Part shown: positions 19,042 to 28,958 of the stretch, one piece after another
Layout of the letters: each line of letters opens with the position of its first letter
Numbering within the stretch: the stretch's first letter is position 1
Source of the DNA: Flavobacteriales bacterium
GTDB taxonomy: Bacteria; Bacteroidota; Bacteroidia; Flavobacteriales; BACL11
Assembly (NCBI GenBank): GCA_002728175.1
Contig: PBVH01000012.1
Coordinates: forward strand, 105,037-169,036
Length of the DNA: 64,000 nt
Direction: 5' to 3'
Program-made: the position numbers and the translations under genes
Notes under the pieces: generated by a model
Databases searched by the model: none
Told to the model about the DNA's origin: nothing
Seen by the model: only the letters and a program-made list of their open reading frames with translations

Positions 19042-19452
19042 TTATGTGTTATTTTTGGAATATTTTTCTGTGGTTATAAAACTTTTGTCATTTGCAATGT
19101 TTAACAAACGAACCAATGAAAGCGTCTCTACTAGTAATGTGAGCAAATATGGCACAAAAAAAGATAGAAACTCTATTCTAGAAACGTTATTGTCTTGTTT
19201 AAATAAAGGTAGTATTAGGATAAAAAAAAGTAGTGATTTGACAATTGTTCCACCAAAAAAATAAAAGGCAATGTAATCTTTATGTTTTTTTCTAAATAAG
19301 AACGCTGAAACAACAACAAGAACCGCTATAAGCGCGTTAAAGAGATATAGGATTTTTAGATTCTCGGCAAAACAATAGTGTTTATGAACAAAATAGGCGG
19401 ATGTTAAAATAAGCAGGAGAAGCAAATGAAACCAAATAATAAATTTAGTCAT
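19042..19452 (-). CDS. Small polytopic membrane protein of unknown function, upstream of atpB in an AtpI-like position
   Basis: 136-aa ORF with about 4 hydrophobic segments. It overlaps the upstream atpZ-like gene by 8 nt. I recognise no motif. Confidence 0.45.
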   Translation of the reverse strand: MTKFIIWFHLLLLLILTSAYFVHKHYCFAENLKILYLFNALIAVLVVVSAFLFRKKHKDYIAFYFFGGTIVKSLLFFILILPLFKQDNNVSRIEFLSFFVPYLLTLLVETLSLVRLLNIANDKSFITTEKYSKNNT

Positions 19453-19675
19453 GGTGTAGCTTTTTTGTTTGTTTGATCAACATGTAAAGTGAAATAAATA
19501 CAGACAGTACCACGCAAATTGTTTTAATATGCGTTCCAGGTCTTAAATAAGTAGATTCTAAATAATCTCCAAGATAAGCCCCTAAATAAATCGTAACCCC
19601 CATTTGAAATGAAGCGGCAGTTAATACTAATAATTTATTATGCGGTCTTTTCTTTTTCGGTGGCTTGTTCAACAT
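19445..19675 (-). CDS. AtpZ/AtpI family small membrane protein
   Basis: 76-aa ORF with a basic N-terminus (PPKKKRPHNK) and two TM helices. It lies immediately upstream of the atp genes. Confidence 0.55.
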   Translation of the reverse strand: MLNKPPKKKRPHNKLLVLTAASFQMGVTIYLGAYLGDYLESTYLRPGTHIKTICVVLSVFISLYMLIKQTKKLHHD

Positions 19676-20054
19676 TCTTTATTTCTCTTATAACCGCCCC
19701 CATACTACATGAGCCGGTAAACTCTGCTCCAGGCTCAATTGAAAGCTTATTGGTAACAATGTCTCCCTTAAGCTTTGCCGTGTCTTTTAAGGAAAGTAAA
19801 TTGGATACTGTTATCTTAGCTTTAATAACTCCGGAAATATCCGCATTTTGACATATAACATCCCCCTCAACGACACCCTCTTTACCTAAAACTACTTTGC
19901 CCTCAGTTTTAATAGAGCCCTTGAGTGTTCCGTCAACTCTAATGTCACCATTAGAATTGATATCACCAAGAATTGATGTGCCTTGCCCAATTATATTAAC
20001 AACCGAATTGTTGTTTTCTGTTCTTTTCATAGATTCGTTATTCTTTGTAAACAT
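19638..20054 (-). CDS. Bactofilin family polymer-forming cytoskeletal protein
   Basis: 138-aa ORF with a beta-helical repeat pattern: GDINSNGDIRVDGTLKGSIKTEGKVVLGKEGVVEGDVICQNADISGVIKAKITV...GDIVTNKLSIEPGAEFTGSC. Confidence 0.8.
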   Translation of the reverse strand: MFTKNNESMKRTENNNSVVNIIGQGTSILGDINSNGDIRVDGTLKGSIKTEGKVVLGKEGVVEGDVICQNADISGVIKAKITVSNLLSLKDTAKLKGDIVTNKLSIEPGAEFTGSCSMGAVIREIKNVEQATEKEKTA

Positions 20055-20085
20055 CTTGTTTTGATTATGCCTACAAACTTAAATA

Positions 20086-22662
20086 TTAATTTTTAAGATT
20101 ATAATACTTTTTATAAAATTTTAAATACTCTTCAACGCCATTAGTTGAATATAACTTCTTAAAATTTTCAATATTTATAACAAATGTTTGGTGCTTTCTT
20201 TGTGATAGTATTTTGTTGACCTCATTTGCCTTTTTTAGTTTTTTCTTATAAGAAATGGCTTTTTCAGAATTTTCAAAACTTTTAATTGTAACAAGGTGAT
20301 TGTCTAAAGCGTAAATCATTGCTCCAATTTCAAAAACCTCTGTTTCATATTTGGTGGCGTTAAAATTAGAAACCAATGTTTTAAAATAATTTATGTTTAT
20401 ATTTTTTTTATCTAATATTACAACGCAAATATGTTTTGATTTTGGTTTGTATAAATAAGAAAACTCTGATGTTGCTAGCTTATTAGCGTCTGTAATCTTC
20501 TGTGGATTTTCTATTTTTTCAAGAAGCTGCGTGGCGTAGTTTTTAATTTCTTCATCCAATGAGTTGATTATAATTTTTTGCAATTCTATTTTTGCATTAA
20601 TAGTATCATTGATAGAGGCGTATGACATTGCTTTAATCAGCCGGTGTTTTTGTATATTCTCTTTTTTTATTAATGAATCTCCTTGCTTGATAATCTCTTC
20701 GAACCTTTCACCTTCGTACAGCTTAAATATTTGATCATACTCGCCTTCAGTTGTTAATTGTTTTTGAGTTGCGCTAGTTAAGAGAGTTGTGTCGCTTAAT
20801 ATTTTTGCACACATACTGTTGGGGTATCTTAATAGCAAGTCTGTTTTTATTTCTTCTGCTTTTGTTTTCTTATTTAAGTTGAAATATAAATAATAAACAT
20901 TATAAAGAGCTAAAGAGCTATAGGACTCGTCATTTGGATGTTTTTCTACAATTCTTAAAAATGTTTTAATACTTGTTTCGTACTCATTTAGTACGTCTCT
21001 AAAAATTATAGCCATTTGATACAGCGACTCTTTTATTTTGTTGTTAGATATATCAAAATCTTCTTTAGATTTTGGAAGTTGACTTAAATAAAACTCTGGG
21101 TTTTTTTTACTTTTATCCAAATCTGATTCAGAATCTTTGCTTAACGAATCCGTTTCCATTAAAACATTTACGCTCTTTTTATCTTTTCTCCTCCAATTGT
21201 CTTCTAATTTTCTTTTACCCCATTTCTTTCTAAATTCAGACATTCCAAAACTTAGGGTAGATGGATTATAAAAATACCACTTTCCAGCAGAGGTGTTGTT
21301 ACCAAGCTGACCAGTGTTGTTTCTTGAATTTTGATAAGAGAGGCTTTGTCTTTGTTGACGCTCTTCTTGTTCCTTTCTTTCTTTTTCAATCACTTTTTGT
21401 ATAATCTTTTGTATCAGTGCTCTTTTTTCGTTTTCTGGTAACAACGCTATGTATTGTAAGCTGTCTTCCAGCTCTACAATATTTATATGATAAACTAAAT
21501 CTGTAAAAACTTGCTGGTTTTCACTAGATTCAATATAATTTCTGTGGTTCTCTGACATATAAAAAACTGTACTGTCATACATGTTTTTAGTCGCAACATA
21601 ATTCTTATTTGCATACTGGAGGTTTGCTAAAGAAAGGAATGAAAGCGCTTTTTGAGCATCGTTATTTACGCTATTTTTTGTAGACAAAAAATAATTTTCT
21701 ATTGCTGCATTAGTATCTGCATTGTTTAAACTTATTTCTGCAAGAGTGTAATAAATTTGATCTAAATATTCCTTGTTTTTTTCGTCCTTTAGCATTTTTA
21801 CAAGGCTTTCTTTTGCCTTCTGTCCCATCCTGCTTCCAGAATCAGACGAACGTGCTAAATTCATTTTTGCATTGAACGCCATTTCATATTCTGGGCTTAA
21901 TTTAAGGGTCTTTTGATAGTAAAATGACGCTTGCTTAAAATTGTTGTAAAACTGATATATTTGTGCTATTATGTAGTTGATTCTTGTTTTATCTGCTTTT
22001 CTTTTAACAATCTTTTCAAGCTTTTTTAACTCTTCAAGGGCTAAAGAAAGGTTGTTTTGTTTTAAATAATAATCTGCCTTTACAAAACCAAACTTAACAT
22101 CAAACTTCTTTGGTTTATTTTTTTCATTCTCCAACTCTTCTAACAGCATCTCTGACTGAGTGTAGTTTCCTAGTTCTAAATGTGATCTAATGAGCCAAAG
22201 TGTAGCGTAAAATCGAATTTCATTTTTTTTGTATTCTTCAATTATAAAGGTAAATGTGTTTTTTGCTTCTTGAAAATCACCCTTGTAAAAATATGCTTTT
22301 CCAACTAAAAGATAGCTGTCGTCAATCCACTTACAATATTCCCTTCCTCTTATTTTCATCGAATGACGCTGAATAACGACAGAGCCCTTTTTTATAGCTT
22401 TATCCATGTAGGATTGTGTATTAGCGTTTTTCAAATTAACCTCTTTATAAACCGGAAGTATCGACGTGTAGTCGTCTTGATGTTTTGAATGAATTTTTCT
22501 TAAACCTGTTTTTAAACTTTCGTTTCCATTAAAATATCCATTATACTTTGCTGTTGTATTATGATACTGCCTATTAACCCAAGACTTTTTTTTGGTTGAA
22601 CAAGAGTTTATCAAAAACAGCAGAGATAGTAATAAAATTGTTCTGTAAAATTTTGTAAACAT
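20086..22662 (-). CDS. sprE: TPR-containing lipoprotein, probably the T9SS/gliding component SprE (PorW)
   Basis: 858-aa ORF with a lipoprotein signal LLFLINSCSTKKKSW followed by NRQYHNTTAKYNGYFNG. This matches my recollection of the SprE/PorW N-terminus. TPR-like repeats follow. No alignment was run. Confidence 0.55.
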   Translation of the reverse strand: MFTKFYRTILLLSLLFLINSCSTKKKSWVNRQYHNTTAKYNGYFNGNESLKTGLRKIHSKHQDDYTSILPVYKEVNLKNANTQSYMDKAIKKGSVVIQRHSMKIRGREYCKWIDDSYLLVGKAYFYKGDFQEAKNTFTFIIEEYKKNEIRFYATLWLIRSHLELGNYTQSEMLLEELENEKNKPKKFDVKFGFVKADYYLKQNNLSLALEELKKLEKIVKRKADKTRINYIIAQIYQFYNNFKQASFYYQKTLKLSPEYEMAFNAKMNLARSSDSGSRMGQKAKESLVKMLKDEKNKEYLDQIYYTLAEISLNNADTNAAIENYFLSTKNSVNNDAQKALSFLSLANLQYANKNYVATKNMYDSTVFYMSENHRNYIESSENQQVFTDLVYHINIVELEDSLQYIALLPENEKRALIQKIIQKVIEKERKEQEERQQRQSLSYQNSRNNTGQLGNNTSAGKWYFYNPSTLSFGMSEFRKKWGKRKLEDNWRRKDKKSVNVLMETDSLSKDSESDLDKSKKNPEFYLSQLPKSKEDFDISNNKIKESLYQMAIIFRDVLNEYETSIKTFLRIVEKHPNDESYSSLALYNVYYLYFNLNKKTKAEEIKTDLLLRYPNSMCAKILSDTTLLTSATQKQLTTEGEYDQIFKLYEGERFEEIIKQGDSLIKKENIQKHRLIKAMSYASINDTINAKIELQKIIINSLDEEIKNYATQLLEKIENPQKITDANKLATSEFSYLYKPKSKHICVVILDKKNININYFKTLVSNFNATKYETEVFEIGAMIYALDNHLVTIKSFENSEKAISYKKKLKKANEVNKILSQRKHQTFVINIENFKKLYSTNGVEEYLKFYKKYYNLKN

Positions 22663-22749
22663 TTAAAATCTAACTGTATATTAAAATATTTTACGGTAAA
22701 ATAAAAATAATCACAAATATGCTTATATTTTTATGATATTTGCAAAATA

Positions 22750-23610
22750 ATGACGAATAATAAACCTCGCAAAAAAATTTTTCAATTTCTATTACAACGC
22801 TATCGAGTTGTAATTATTGCGGATAATTCTCTTGAAGAGAGAATGTCTATTCGTTTTTCTATACTTAAGTTTTTTGTGTTAATATCAAGTATTTTGGCTG
22901 TTGTGGTTTTTATTACATTATTTATTGTAACCAACTCTAGTTTAAGCCAATACATTCCTGGCAGATCAAAAGATGAGGTTTTAAAAAGTCTAATTGATCT
23001 CAACATGCAAGCTGACTCTTTAAAGGCTTCACTTAACAAGCGTGATGCATATTTAAATAATATTGAAAGTGTTTTGGCCGGAAATGATTCGTTTTTAATT
23101 AATAGTAATGATTTTGACGCTGATACTGCTTTAGCTTTAGAAAACATTACTTTTGAGGCTTCACAAGAAGACTCTATTCTTCGTTTGGTAGTTGAAAATG
23201 AAGAAAGAGGTATGTTAAGTTATTCTAAAAAAGACGATGGCAGTTTTGTTTTCTTCCCTCCTGTTGTCGGCTATATCTCTGACACGTTTAATTTTCAAAA
23301 AAGACATTTTGCTGTTGATTTGGTTGCTAAAAAGAATAGTAAAATTTCTAGTGTTTTAGCAGGAACAGTTATTGTAAGTGATTGGTCTTCAGAAGTTGGT
23401 TATTTTATTGGAATACAACACAAAGACAACTACATTTCTTTTTATAAACATAACTCAGCTTTGCTTAAAAAGGTTGGTGATTATGTTTCTGCTGGTGAAC
23501 ATATAGCTGTTATTGGTAATTCTGGAGAATTTTCTACTGGACCTCATCTTCACTTTGAGTTATGGCACAACGGAAGTCCTGTTAACCCATTAGACTATAT
23601 TAATTTTTAA
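22750..23610 (+). CDS. M23 family metallopeptidase with canonical active-site motifs and one TM anchor
   Basis: 286-aa ORF with HFAVDL (HxxxD) and GNSGEFSTGPHLHFELWHNGSPVNP (HxH). Confidence 0.85.
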   Translation: MTNNKPRKKIFQFLLQRYRVVIIADNSLEERMSIRFSILKFFVLISSILAVVVFITLFIVTNSSLSQYIPGRSKDEVLKSLIDLNMQADSLKASLNKRDAYLNNIESVLAGNDSFLINSNDFDADTALALENITFEASQEDSILRLVVENEERGMLSYSKKDDGSFVFFPPVVGYISDTFNFQKRHFAVDLVAKKNSKISSVLAGTVIVSDWSSEVGYFIGIQHKDNYISFYKHNSALLKKVGDYVSAGEHIAVIGNSGEFSTGPHLHFELWHNGSPVNPLDYINF

Positions 23611-23613
23611 AAT

Positions 23614-25101
23614 ATGACTTTAAAATCTTTTTTTGGATATTATTTTGCAAAATATATTGTTAAAAAAAACAACACCTGGATTAATGCCGCAGTTAGCACA
23701 CAAAACAAACAGAGAAAATTCATTTTAGATAATGCTAAAAACACAAAATTTGGAAAAGATCATGGGTTTTCTAAAATATTAAACTATACTGATTGGAAAA
23801 AATCTGTTCCTATCAGAGATTATGAGGGCTTGAAACCATATATTGATTTGGTTGTTAATGGTGAAAATGATATATTATGGCCTGGAAAACCTATTTATTT
23901 TTGCAAAACTTCTGGAACAACTTCTGGAAGTAAATATATTCCTATTAGTAAACAGTCTATGAAGCACCATATAATTGCAGCAAGAGATGCTATTTTAGCA
24001 TATATATATGAGACAAAAAACACATCTATAATAAACGGTAAAATGATTTTTATTCAGGGTTCACCCGTCTTGTCTACTATTTCTGGAATACTAACAGGTC
24101 GACTTTCTGGAATAGTTGCACACCACACCCCTTGGTATCTTAAACGAAACCAGCTTCCAACACTTAAAACTAATAGTATTAACTCTTGGGAAGAAAAGAT
24201 TGATGCAATATGTAATGAAACTAAAAAGGCAGACCTTAGATTAATAAGCGGTATTCCCCCTTGGGTACAAATGTATTTTGAAAAATTAATTGAAAAAACA
24301 GGTAAAAATATTGCCTCGGTTTTTCCAAAATTTAGTTTGTTCATACATGGAGGGGTTAATTTTAAACCGTATAAAAAAACTTTTGAGAAGCTGATTGGTA
24401 AATCCGTAGATTCTGTTGAACTATATCCTGCCTCAGAAGGTTTCATTGCTTATCAAAACTCTTTAAAAGAAAAAGGTTTATTGTTGTGTGTAAATCACGG
24501 AATTTTTTATGAGTTTATTGTTGCTGATAGTTTTTATGAAAACAAACAAAAAAGAATTAGTCTTGAAGACGTTGAGATAGGTGTTAATTATGTAATAATA
24601 CTAAACACTACAGCGGGACTTTACGGCTATAATATCGGAGATACTATAAAGTTCGTTTCTTTGGACCCTTATAAAATCATTGTTACGGGTAGAATAAAAC
24701 ACTTTACATCCGCTTTTGGTGAGCATGTAATAGGCGAGGAAGTTGATTTTGCTATCAACAAGGCAATAAACAAATTGTCAGCAGAAATTGTTGAATTTCA
24801 TGTTGCCCCTATGGTAAATCCAACAAATGGATTGCCTTACCACGAGTGGTTAATTGAATTTGAATCGCCGCCAAAAGACTTGTTATTGTTTGAAAAAACA
24901 ATTGATGATTATTTACAAGAAAAAAACTCTTACTATAAAGATTTAATTAAAGGAAAGGTTTTGCGATCTTTAAAAATTACTTTAATTAACAAAAACGGAT
25001 TTAGAAAATATATGCAGTCTGTTGGTAAGCTCGGTGGCCAAAACAAGGTTCCTAGGCTTTCTAACAACAGAAAAATTGCTGATAAATTATTATGTATATG
25101 A
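23614..25101 (+). CDS. GH3 (auxin-responsive promoter) family adenylate-forming protein
   Basis: 495-aa ORF with the motif CKTSGTTSGSKYIPIS (ANL/GH3-type P-loop). Length and N-terminus are typical of Bacteroidota GH3-like proteins. Confidence 0.7.
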   Translation: MTLKSFFGYYFAKYIVKKNNTWINAAVSTQNKQRKFILDNAKNTKFGKDHGFSKILNYTDWKKSVPIRDYEGLKPYIDLVVNGENDILWPGKPIYFCKTSGTTSGSKYIPISKQSMKHHIIAARDAILAYIYETKNTSIINGKMIFIQGSPVLSTISGILTGRLSGIVAHHTPWYLKRNQLPTLKTNSINSWEEKIDAICNETKKADLRLISGIPPWVQMYFEKLIEKTGKNIASVFPKFSLFIHGGVNFKPYKKTFEKLIGKSVDSVELYPASEGFIAYQNSLKEKGLLLCVNHGIFYEFIVADSFYENKQKRISLEDVEIGVNYVIILNTTAGLYGYNIGDTIKFVSLDPYKIIVTGRIKHFTSAFGEHVIGEEVDFAINKAINKLSAEIVEFHVAPMVNPTNGLPYHEWLIEFESPPKDLLLFEKTIDDYLQEKNSYYKDLIKGKVLRSLKITLINKNGFRKYMQSVGKLGGQNKVPRLSNNRKIADKLLCI

Positions 25102-26249
25102 ATAAAAAAGGAGTAGCTATTCTTGGTTCTACAGGATCAATTGGTACACAAGCTCTTGAAGTCGTGTTTGAACATCAAAACTTATTTGATGTTCGGGTAT
25201 TAACCGCAAACAATAATTATAGTCTTCTAATCGAACAGGCTAAGACGTTTAAACCAAACTCTGTTGTAATAACAAACGAAATTCATTATGAAACTGTAAA
25301 CAACACTCTTTCTCCACTTGGAATAAAAGTATATGCGGGGAAAAGTTCTTTGTGTGATGTTGTTTCAGAGGAAAGTGTTGATGTTGTTCTAACAGCGCTT
25401 GTTGGTTTTTCTGGGCTACAACCAACAATTAGCGCTATCAAGGCTAAAAAAACTATCGCCTTGGCAAATAAAGAAACTTTAGTTGTTGCGGGTGGGCTTA
25501 TATCTCAACTTTGCGAGGAGAATAGTGTGTCTCTTTTGCCTGTTGACTCTGAGCATTCAGCTATATTTCAGTGTTTGGTGGGAGAGTCACCAAACTCCAT
25601 AGAAAAACTTTATCTAACTGCTTCAGGTGGTCCTTTTAGAGGTTTTTCTAGATCCCAGCTTGAAAATGTTTCTAAAAAATCGGCTCTTAAACACCCTAAC
25701 TGGAAAATGGGAGCAAAAATAACCATAGATTCCGCCTCTCTTATGAATAAAGGTTTGGAGCTAATAGAGGCTAGATGGTTATTTGATGTTGCTGTTGAAA
25801 ACATTGAGGTGGTTGTTCACCCTCAATCTATTATTCACTCCGGTGTTCAGTTTGAGGACGGCTCAATAATTGCACAAATTGGAATTCCTGATATGAAACT
25901 TCCAATCCAATATGCATTAGCATATCCAGGTAGAATTAAAAATAATTTTAAGCGGTTTAATTTTTTTGATTATCCAAATTTCAGTTTTGAAAAGCCTGAC
26001 GAAAAAGTGTTTAGAAATTTATTTTTAGCAAAAAAAGCAATCTACAAAGGGGGTAATATGCCTTGTGTTTTAAACGCTGCCAACGAAATAGCTGTTGATG
26101 CTTTTTTAAAAGAAAAAATAGGTTTTTTAAATATGTCTGATCTTATTGAAAATTGCATGGAAAAAATTACTTTTGTAAAAAATCCAACTTTAGAAGATTA
26201 TCTGTATTGTGACTCTGAAACAAGAAAGTTGGCAAAAAAACTAATATAA
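25092..26249 (+). CDS. dxr: 1-deoxy-D-xylulose-5-phosphate reductoisomerase
   Basis: Motifs GSTGSIGTQAL, LANKE, DSEHSAIFQC and NKGLE. An alternative start at 25098 forms an ATGA overlap with the GH3 gene's stop codon. Confidence 0.92.
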   Translation: MYMNKKGVAILGSTGSIGTQALEVVFEHQNLFDVRVLTANNNYSLLIEQAKTFKPNSVVITNEIHYETVNNTLSPLGIKVYAGKSSLCDVVSEESVDVVLTALVGFSGLQPTISAIKAKKTIALANKETLVVAGGLISQLCEENSVSLLPVDSEHSAIFQCLVGESPNSIEKLYLTASGGPFRGFSRSQLENVSKKSALKHPNWKMGAKITIDSASLMNKGLELIEARWLFDVAVENIEVVVHPQSIIHSGVQFEDGSIIAQIGIPDMKLPIQYALAYPGRIKNNFKRFNFFDYPNFSFEKPDEKVFRNLFLAKKAIYKGGNMPCVLNAANEIAVDAFLKEKIGFLNMSDLIENCMEKITFVKNPTLEDYLYCDSETRKLAKKLI

Positions 26250-26250
26250 T

Positions 26251-27588
26251 ATGGAGATTTTAATTAAAGCGGCTCAACTTATTTTAAGCTTATCAATTCT
26301 AGTTGTTTTGCATGAGTTAGGGCACTTTATTCCCGCTAAACTTTTTAAAACTAGGGTTGAAAAGTTTTATTTGTTTTTTGATCCTTGGTTTTCATTAATA
26401 AAAAAACGCTTTGGCGAAACCGAGTATGGTGTTGGTTGGTTGCCCCTTGGCGGTTATGTAAAGATTTCGGGAATGATTGATGAATCGATGGATAAAGATC
26501 AAATGAAAAAACCTGCTGAGAGTTGGGAGTTTCGTGCAAAACCCGCTTGGCAAAGACTAATAATTATGCTTGGGGGTGTTTTAGTTAATCTTTTATTAGG
26601 CGTTTTTATTTATTCTTTAACTCTTTTTTACTATGGGGACAAGTATTTGTCAAATGACAACATAACTGATGGCGTGTGGTGTGTAGATAGTCTTGCTTTG
26701 GATTTAGGTTTTAAAACCGGAGATAAAATATTGTTTGCTGACGGAAAAAAAGTCGAGCGTTTTAACGATATTTTAGAAAGCACTCTGATTTCAAAAAATA
26801 TAACAATAGATAGAGCTGGTCAACGCATTGATTTACCTGTTCCAACAGATATTATTTCTCGTTTCATTGAAAAAGAAAGTCGTGCTGTTTTCTTACCAAG
26901 AATACCGTCTATTATCGCTGGGTTTGCAGAAAACTCTCTTTGCAAACAGTCTGGACTTATGATAAAAGACCGTATTGTACAAATTGGACAAACAGAAATT
27001 AAATATCACGATCAGATTATTAACGCTCTTCAAAACTATAAAAACCAAAGTGTTTACATAGGCGTAATAAGAAACGGCAATCTCATGAGCTTTGATGTTC
27101 CGGTTTCAATAGATGGAAAAATTGGTTTCTATCCTGCCGGACTGGATTTAAATGAGCTGGATAAATTAGGTGTTTATAAACTTTCGTCCGAAAAATACTC
27201 GCTCCTATCTTGTTTTCCTGCCGGATGGAATAAGGCTGTTAAAAAACTATCTAGCTACATCAATCAGTTTAAACTTATTCTCAACCCAAACACAGGGGCA
27301 TATAAGGGTCTGGGGGGGTTTGGATCAATTGGATCTCTGTTTCCGTCTGAGTGGAATTGGGAAATGTTCTGGAACTTAACAGCTTTTTTGTCATTAATGT
27401 TAGCTTTCATGAACCTTCTTCCTATACCCGCTCTTGATGGTGGTCATGTTATGTTTTTACTGTATGAAATAGTTGTTGGCAAGCCTGCCCCTGAAAAATT
27501 TGTTGAAAACGCTCAGGTGTTTGGCATGATTATTTTATTATCTTTGGTGGTGTATGCAAATGCAAATGATATTATCCGTTTATTATAA
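26251..27588 (+). CDS. rseP: Site-2 (RIP) zinc metalloprotease RseP
   Basis: 445-aa ORF with HELGHF near the N-terminus, PDZ-like central region(s), and the C-terminal motif NLLPIPALDGGH. Confidence 0.88.
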   Translation: MEILIKAAQLILSLSILVVLHELGHFIPAKLFKTRVEKFYLFFDPWFSLIKKRFGETEYGVGWLPLGGYVKISGMIDESMDKDQMKKPAESWEFRAKPAWQRLIIMLGGVLVNLLLGVFIYSLTLFYYGDKYLSNDNITDGVWCVDSLALDLGFKTGDKILFADGKKVERFNDILESTLISKNITIDRAGQRIDLPVPTDIISRFIEKESRAVFLPRIPSIIAGFAENSLCKQSGLMIKDRIVQIGQTEIKYHDQIINALQNYKNQSVYIGVIRNGNLMSFDVPVSIDGKIGFYPAGLDLNELDKLGVYKLSSEKYSLLSCFPAGWNKAVKKLSSYINQFKLILNPNTGAYKGLGGFGSIGSLFPSEWNWEMFWNLTAFLSLMLAFMNLLPIPALDGGHVMFLLYEIVVGKPAPEKFVENAQVFGMIILLSLVVYANANDIIRLL

Positions 27589-28899
27589 ATGATTCTTGCT
27601 CTTACTTCATATCATTATATTATAATTTTTTCTTTAACAATTATAATTTCCTATTTTTTTAATATTTATGCTAAAAAGACCGGAATACCTTCTGTTTTAA
27701 TGCTTATCGGGCTTGGTGTTCTTATCAACTATGTCTTATCAAGTTTTATCGGTGTTGAAAAGCCTAATCTTTTTCCCATTCTAAAGGTTATTGGTGTTTT
27801 TGGATTAATTTTAATTGTATTAGAAGCAGCTTTAGATCTTTCTTTGGTTAAAGAAAAGGTTTCTCTAATTATAAAATCAACGCTTGTGGCTTTGCTTGGT
27901 TTAGTTGGGACCGCTTATTTTTCTGCCGAGGCTCTTGTTCTTTTTGTTGAAGAAATGGATATAATTACTGGGTTAATTTATACTATTCCTCTTTCAATAT
28001 TAAGCTCGGCCATTATTCTGCCAAGCGTTGAAGATCTAAATGAAAATAAAAAGGAGTTCATGATTTATGAAAGCACAATATCTGATATTTTAGGTATTAT
28101 TGCTTTTTATGCTGTTTTGTCAATGGTTGGGGCGGACTCTAATGAAGGTGTTTATGGAGAGGTTTTTGGCAATCTTGTTTTCACGGTAATTTTTTCAATA
28201 ATAATTTCTTATGTTCTTGTGTACGTTTTTCAAAATATTGCTGGTCATGTTAAGTTGTTTTTGTTAATAGCAATTCTTCTTCTTCTTTACGCTGTTGGAA
28301 AAATGTTTCATCTTTCCTCATTAGTTATGATATTAATTTTTGGTGTAATTTTAAATAATTACAAATTGTTTTTTTCGGGCGGCCTTGCTTCTCTTTTAAA
28401 TATGGAAAGGGTTGACCACATCTTAAATGACATGAAGGTTATCACTGCTGAATCTGCATTTGTTGTTAGAACATTCTTCTTTATTATCTTTGGATGGTCT
28501 ATAACTATTTCTGATTTATTTAGTTTAAAGGTTATTGGTATCGGTATTTGTATTTTATTCATCATTTATATAATCCGCGCATTATTTTTATTTCTGTTTC
28601 AAGGAAAAGATATTTTTCCACAACTTTTTTTAGCCCCGCGAGGTTTAATAACAATCCTTCTTTTCTTTGCTATACCAGAAGAAACTAGAAACGCAAACGA
28701 AGAAATAGAAGGTGTACTTTTGTTTATTATTTTAACAACATGTTTAATAATGAGTTGGGCGCTGGTTGTCCAAAAAAACAAAGAAAAATTACAAAAAGAA
28801 ATTCTTGATCAGGTTAAAAACGAAAGTGTGGATAAAGATGCCGATCTTGTTGAAGCTCCTGTTGCTCAGAAAGAAACCGAAAACAATATAGAAGAATAA
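27589..28899 (+). CDS. Cation:proton antiporter (Na+/H+ exchanger family)
   Basis: 436-aa polytopic membrane ORF with about 11-12 TM segments and an acidic C-terminal tail. The family call rests on general resemblance. Confidence 0.65.
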   Translation: MILALTSYHYIIIFSLTIIISYFFNIYAKKTGIPSVLMLIGLGVLINYVLSSFIGVEKPNLFPILKVIGVFGLILIVLEAALDLSLVKEKVSLIIKSTLVALLGLVGTAYFSAEALVLFVEEMDIITGLIYTIPLSILSSAIILPSVEDLNENKKEFMIYESTISDILGIIAFYAVLSMVGADSNEGVYGEVFGNLVFTVIFSIIISYVLVYVFQNIAGHVKLFLLIAILLLLYAVGKMFHLSSLVMILIFGVILNNYKLFFSGGLASLLNMERVDHILNDMKVITAESAFVVRTFFFIIFGWSITISDLFSLKVIGIGICILFIIYIIRALFLFLFQGKDIFPQLFLAPRGLITILLFFAIPEETRNANEEIEGVLLFIILTTCLIMSWALVVQKNKEKLQKEILDQVKNESVDKDADLVEAPVAQKETENNIEE

Positions 28900-28958
28900 T
28901 TAACTCTCTATTTTGTCTTTTTTCCGGCTTTTTATAGCTTTGCCTAAAACTAAATATT

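Noticed and set aside
22663-22749. TAnnTTTG promoter boxes in the sprE/M23 divergent spacer and upstream of acpP (39756..39876).
   Set aside because: Only near-matches are present (GATATTTG, CATATTTG, TTTTATTTG). Given the AT richness, inexact matches carry little information.
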